Shown here in pieces: positions 63,192 through 64,000 of a stretch of 64,000 nucleotides of DNA. A program made the position numbers and the translations under genes. The stretch comes from the human T2T-CHM13v2.0 reference genome, Homo sapiens. The notes beneath the pieces were generated by a model. It was not told where the DNA came from and did no database searches. It worked only from the letters and a program-made list of their open reading frames with translations. The DNA is taken from the NCBI RefSeq assembly GCF_009914755.1, contig NC_060933.1, one strand, 5' to 3'. Numbering within the stretch: the first letter of the stretch is position 1; every line of letters starts with the position of its first letter.

Positions 63192-63551
63192 ATACTCCTT
63201 ATTCTTGAAGGGAGCAGGTACTATCTCCAGGTTGTTTATGATGTTTCTTCAGCCTCTCTAGAGCACCTGACCAGCTAGATCTCATGAGTTGATTAAGTAG
63301 TGGCAGTGTGTTGCAGAGAGTGAGAGGAAAGAGACGGGAGTGAGTGAGCTAACACTCAGCTTCCTTGAAGAGCCATCTCACCTCAATACTGAGAGAGAAG
63401 CAGTGGGAGTGACTTTTACAGCTCAGACTCATAGCCCAGTCTCTACTGGTAACATCTATTTTCTAAAACCCCATGAAAAAGTAGGAGATACTGCACCCGT
63501 ACAACAGTTCTGTTTGTGTCCTGTACAGTGGTCACTTGTCTTTTACTCTAG

Positions 63552-63634
63552 TGAAACCAACCTGAAAGTGAAGCAGGCCATCTCAGTTACCAGTGACATG
63601 GAAGATCGCCTGGAGCTTCTGTCTACCTTTAATG
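63552..63634 (+). pseudogene. ATP8B5P: ATP8B5P exon, ETNLKVKQAISVTSDMEDRLELLSTFN
   Basis: ctctag|T...G|gtgagt; 83 nt; completes the DGET motif. Confidence 0.92.
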
Positions 63635-64000
63635 GTGAGTTAGGAAATGGGTTTTCCTACCTAAATTTTCATCAGTAGAGTACTGGTTAAATAAAGTATG
63701 GTACATCCATAGTGATTTCTATACAACTTATTACAACAATATGCAAGTTGATATTTATTGAAATATAAAAAATACAACATGTAATTAAAAGAAAAATACA
63801 ATTTACAAAAGACTGCATAGTGTATATAACATAAACCTGTTTTTGGAAATATAGGTATGTTTATGAGTACTTACATAGAAAAAACATAGAAGGATGTACT
63901 TCAAAAGGTAAATAGCACTTTTCTCAAGACAGTGAATGAATTTTACTTCCTTCTTTACCATTTTAGTATTACTTAAACATTTACAAAGGGCATATTTACT

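Overview
Primate (almost certainly human) genomic DNA, not microbial. About 1.4-22.5 kb holds the 3' half of UNC13B (Munc13-2) on the + strand. I mapped 19 constitutive GT-AG coding exons with consistent phases, encoding the MUN domain and C2C domain through the stop at 21175-21177, followed by a ~1.3 kb 3'UTR. There is also a 57-nt in-frame cassette exon (19095-19151) that the ORF track does not show. About 1.4 kb past the poly(A) signal, a CpG-rich promoter starts a spliced P4-ATPase (flippase) gene, recognised as the unitary pseudogene ATP8B5P (FetA). Its exons run to the window end. They keep the DGET motif and their splice sites, but carry a +1 frameshift at ~55942. The rest is Alu, L1, L2, MIR, MaLR and MER53 repeats. 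I found no evidence for a wholly new biological system. The most unusual structures are: a nested L2>L1MA(5'-inverted)>L1PB>Alu insertion with an apparent ~125-bp target duplication; two local templated insertions; a TSD-less L1PA2-like insertion; an AluYa5; and a reused Alu target site. Gene and repeat names come from recognition, not database searches.
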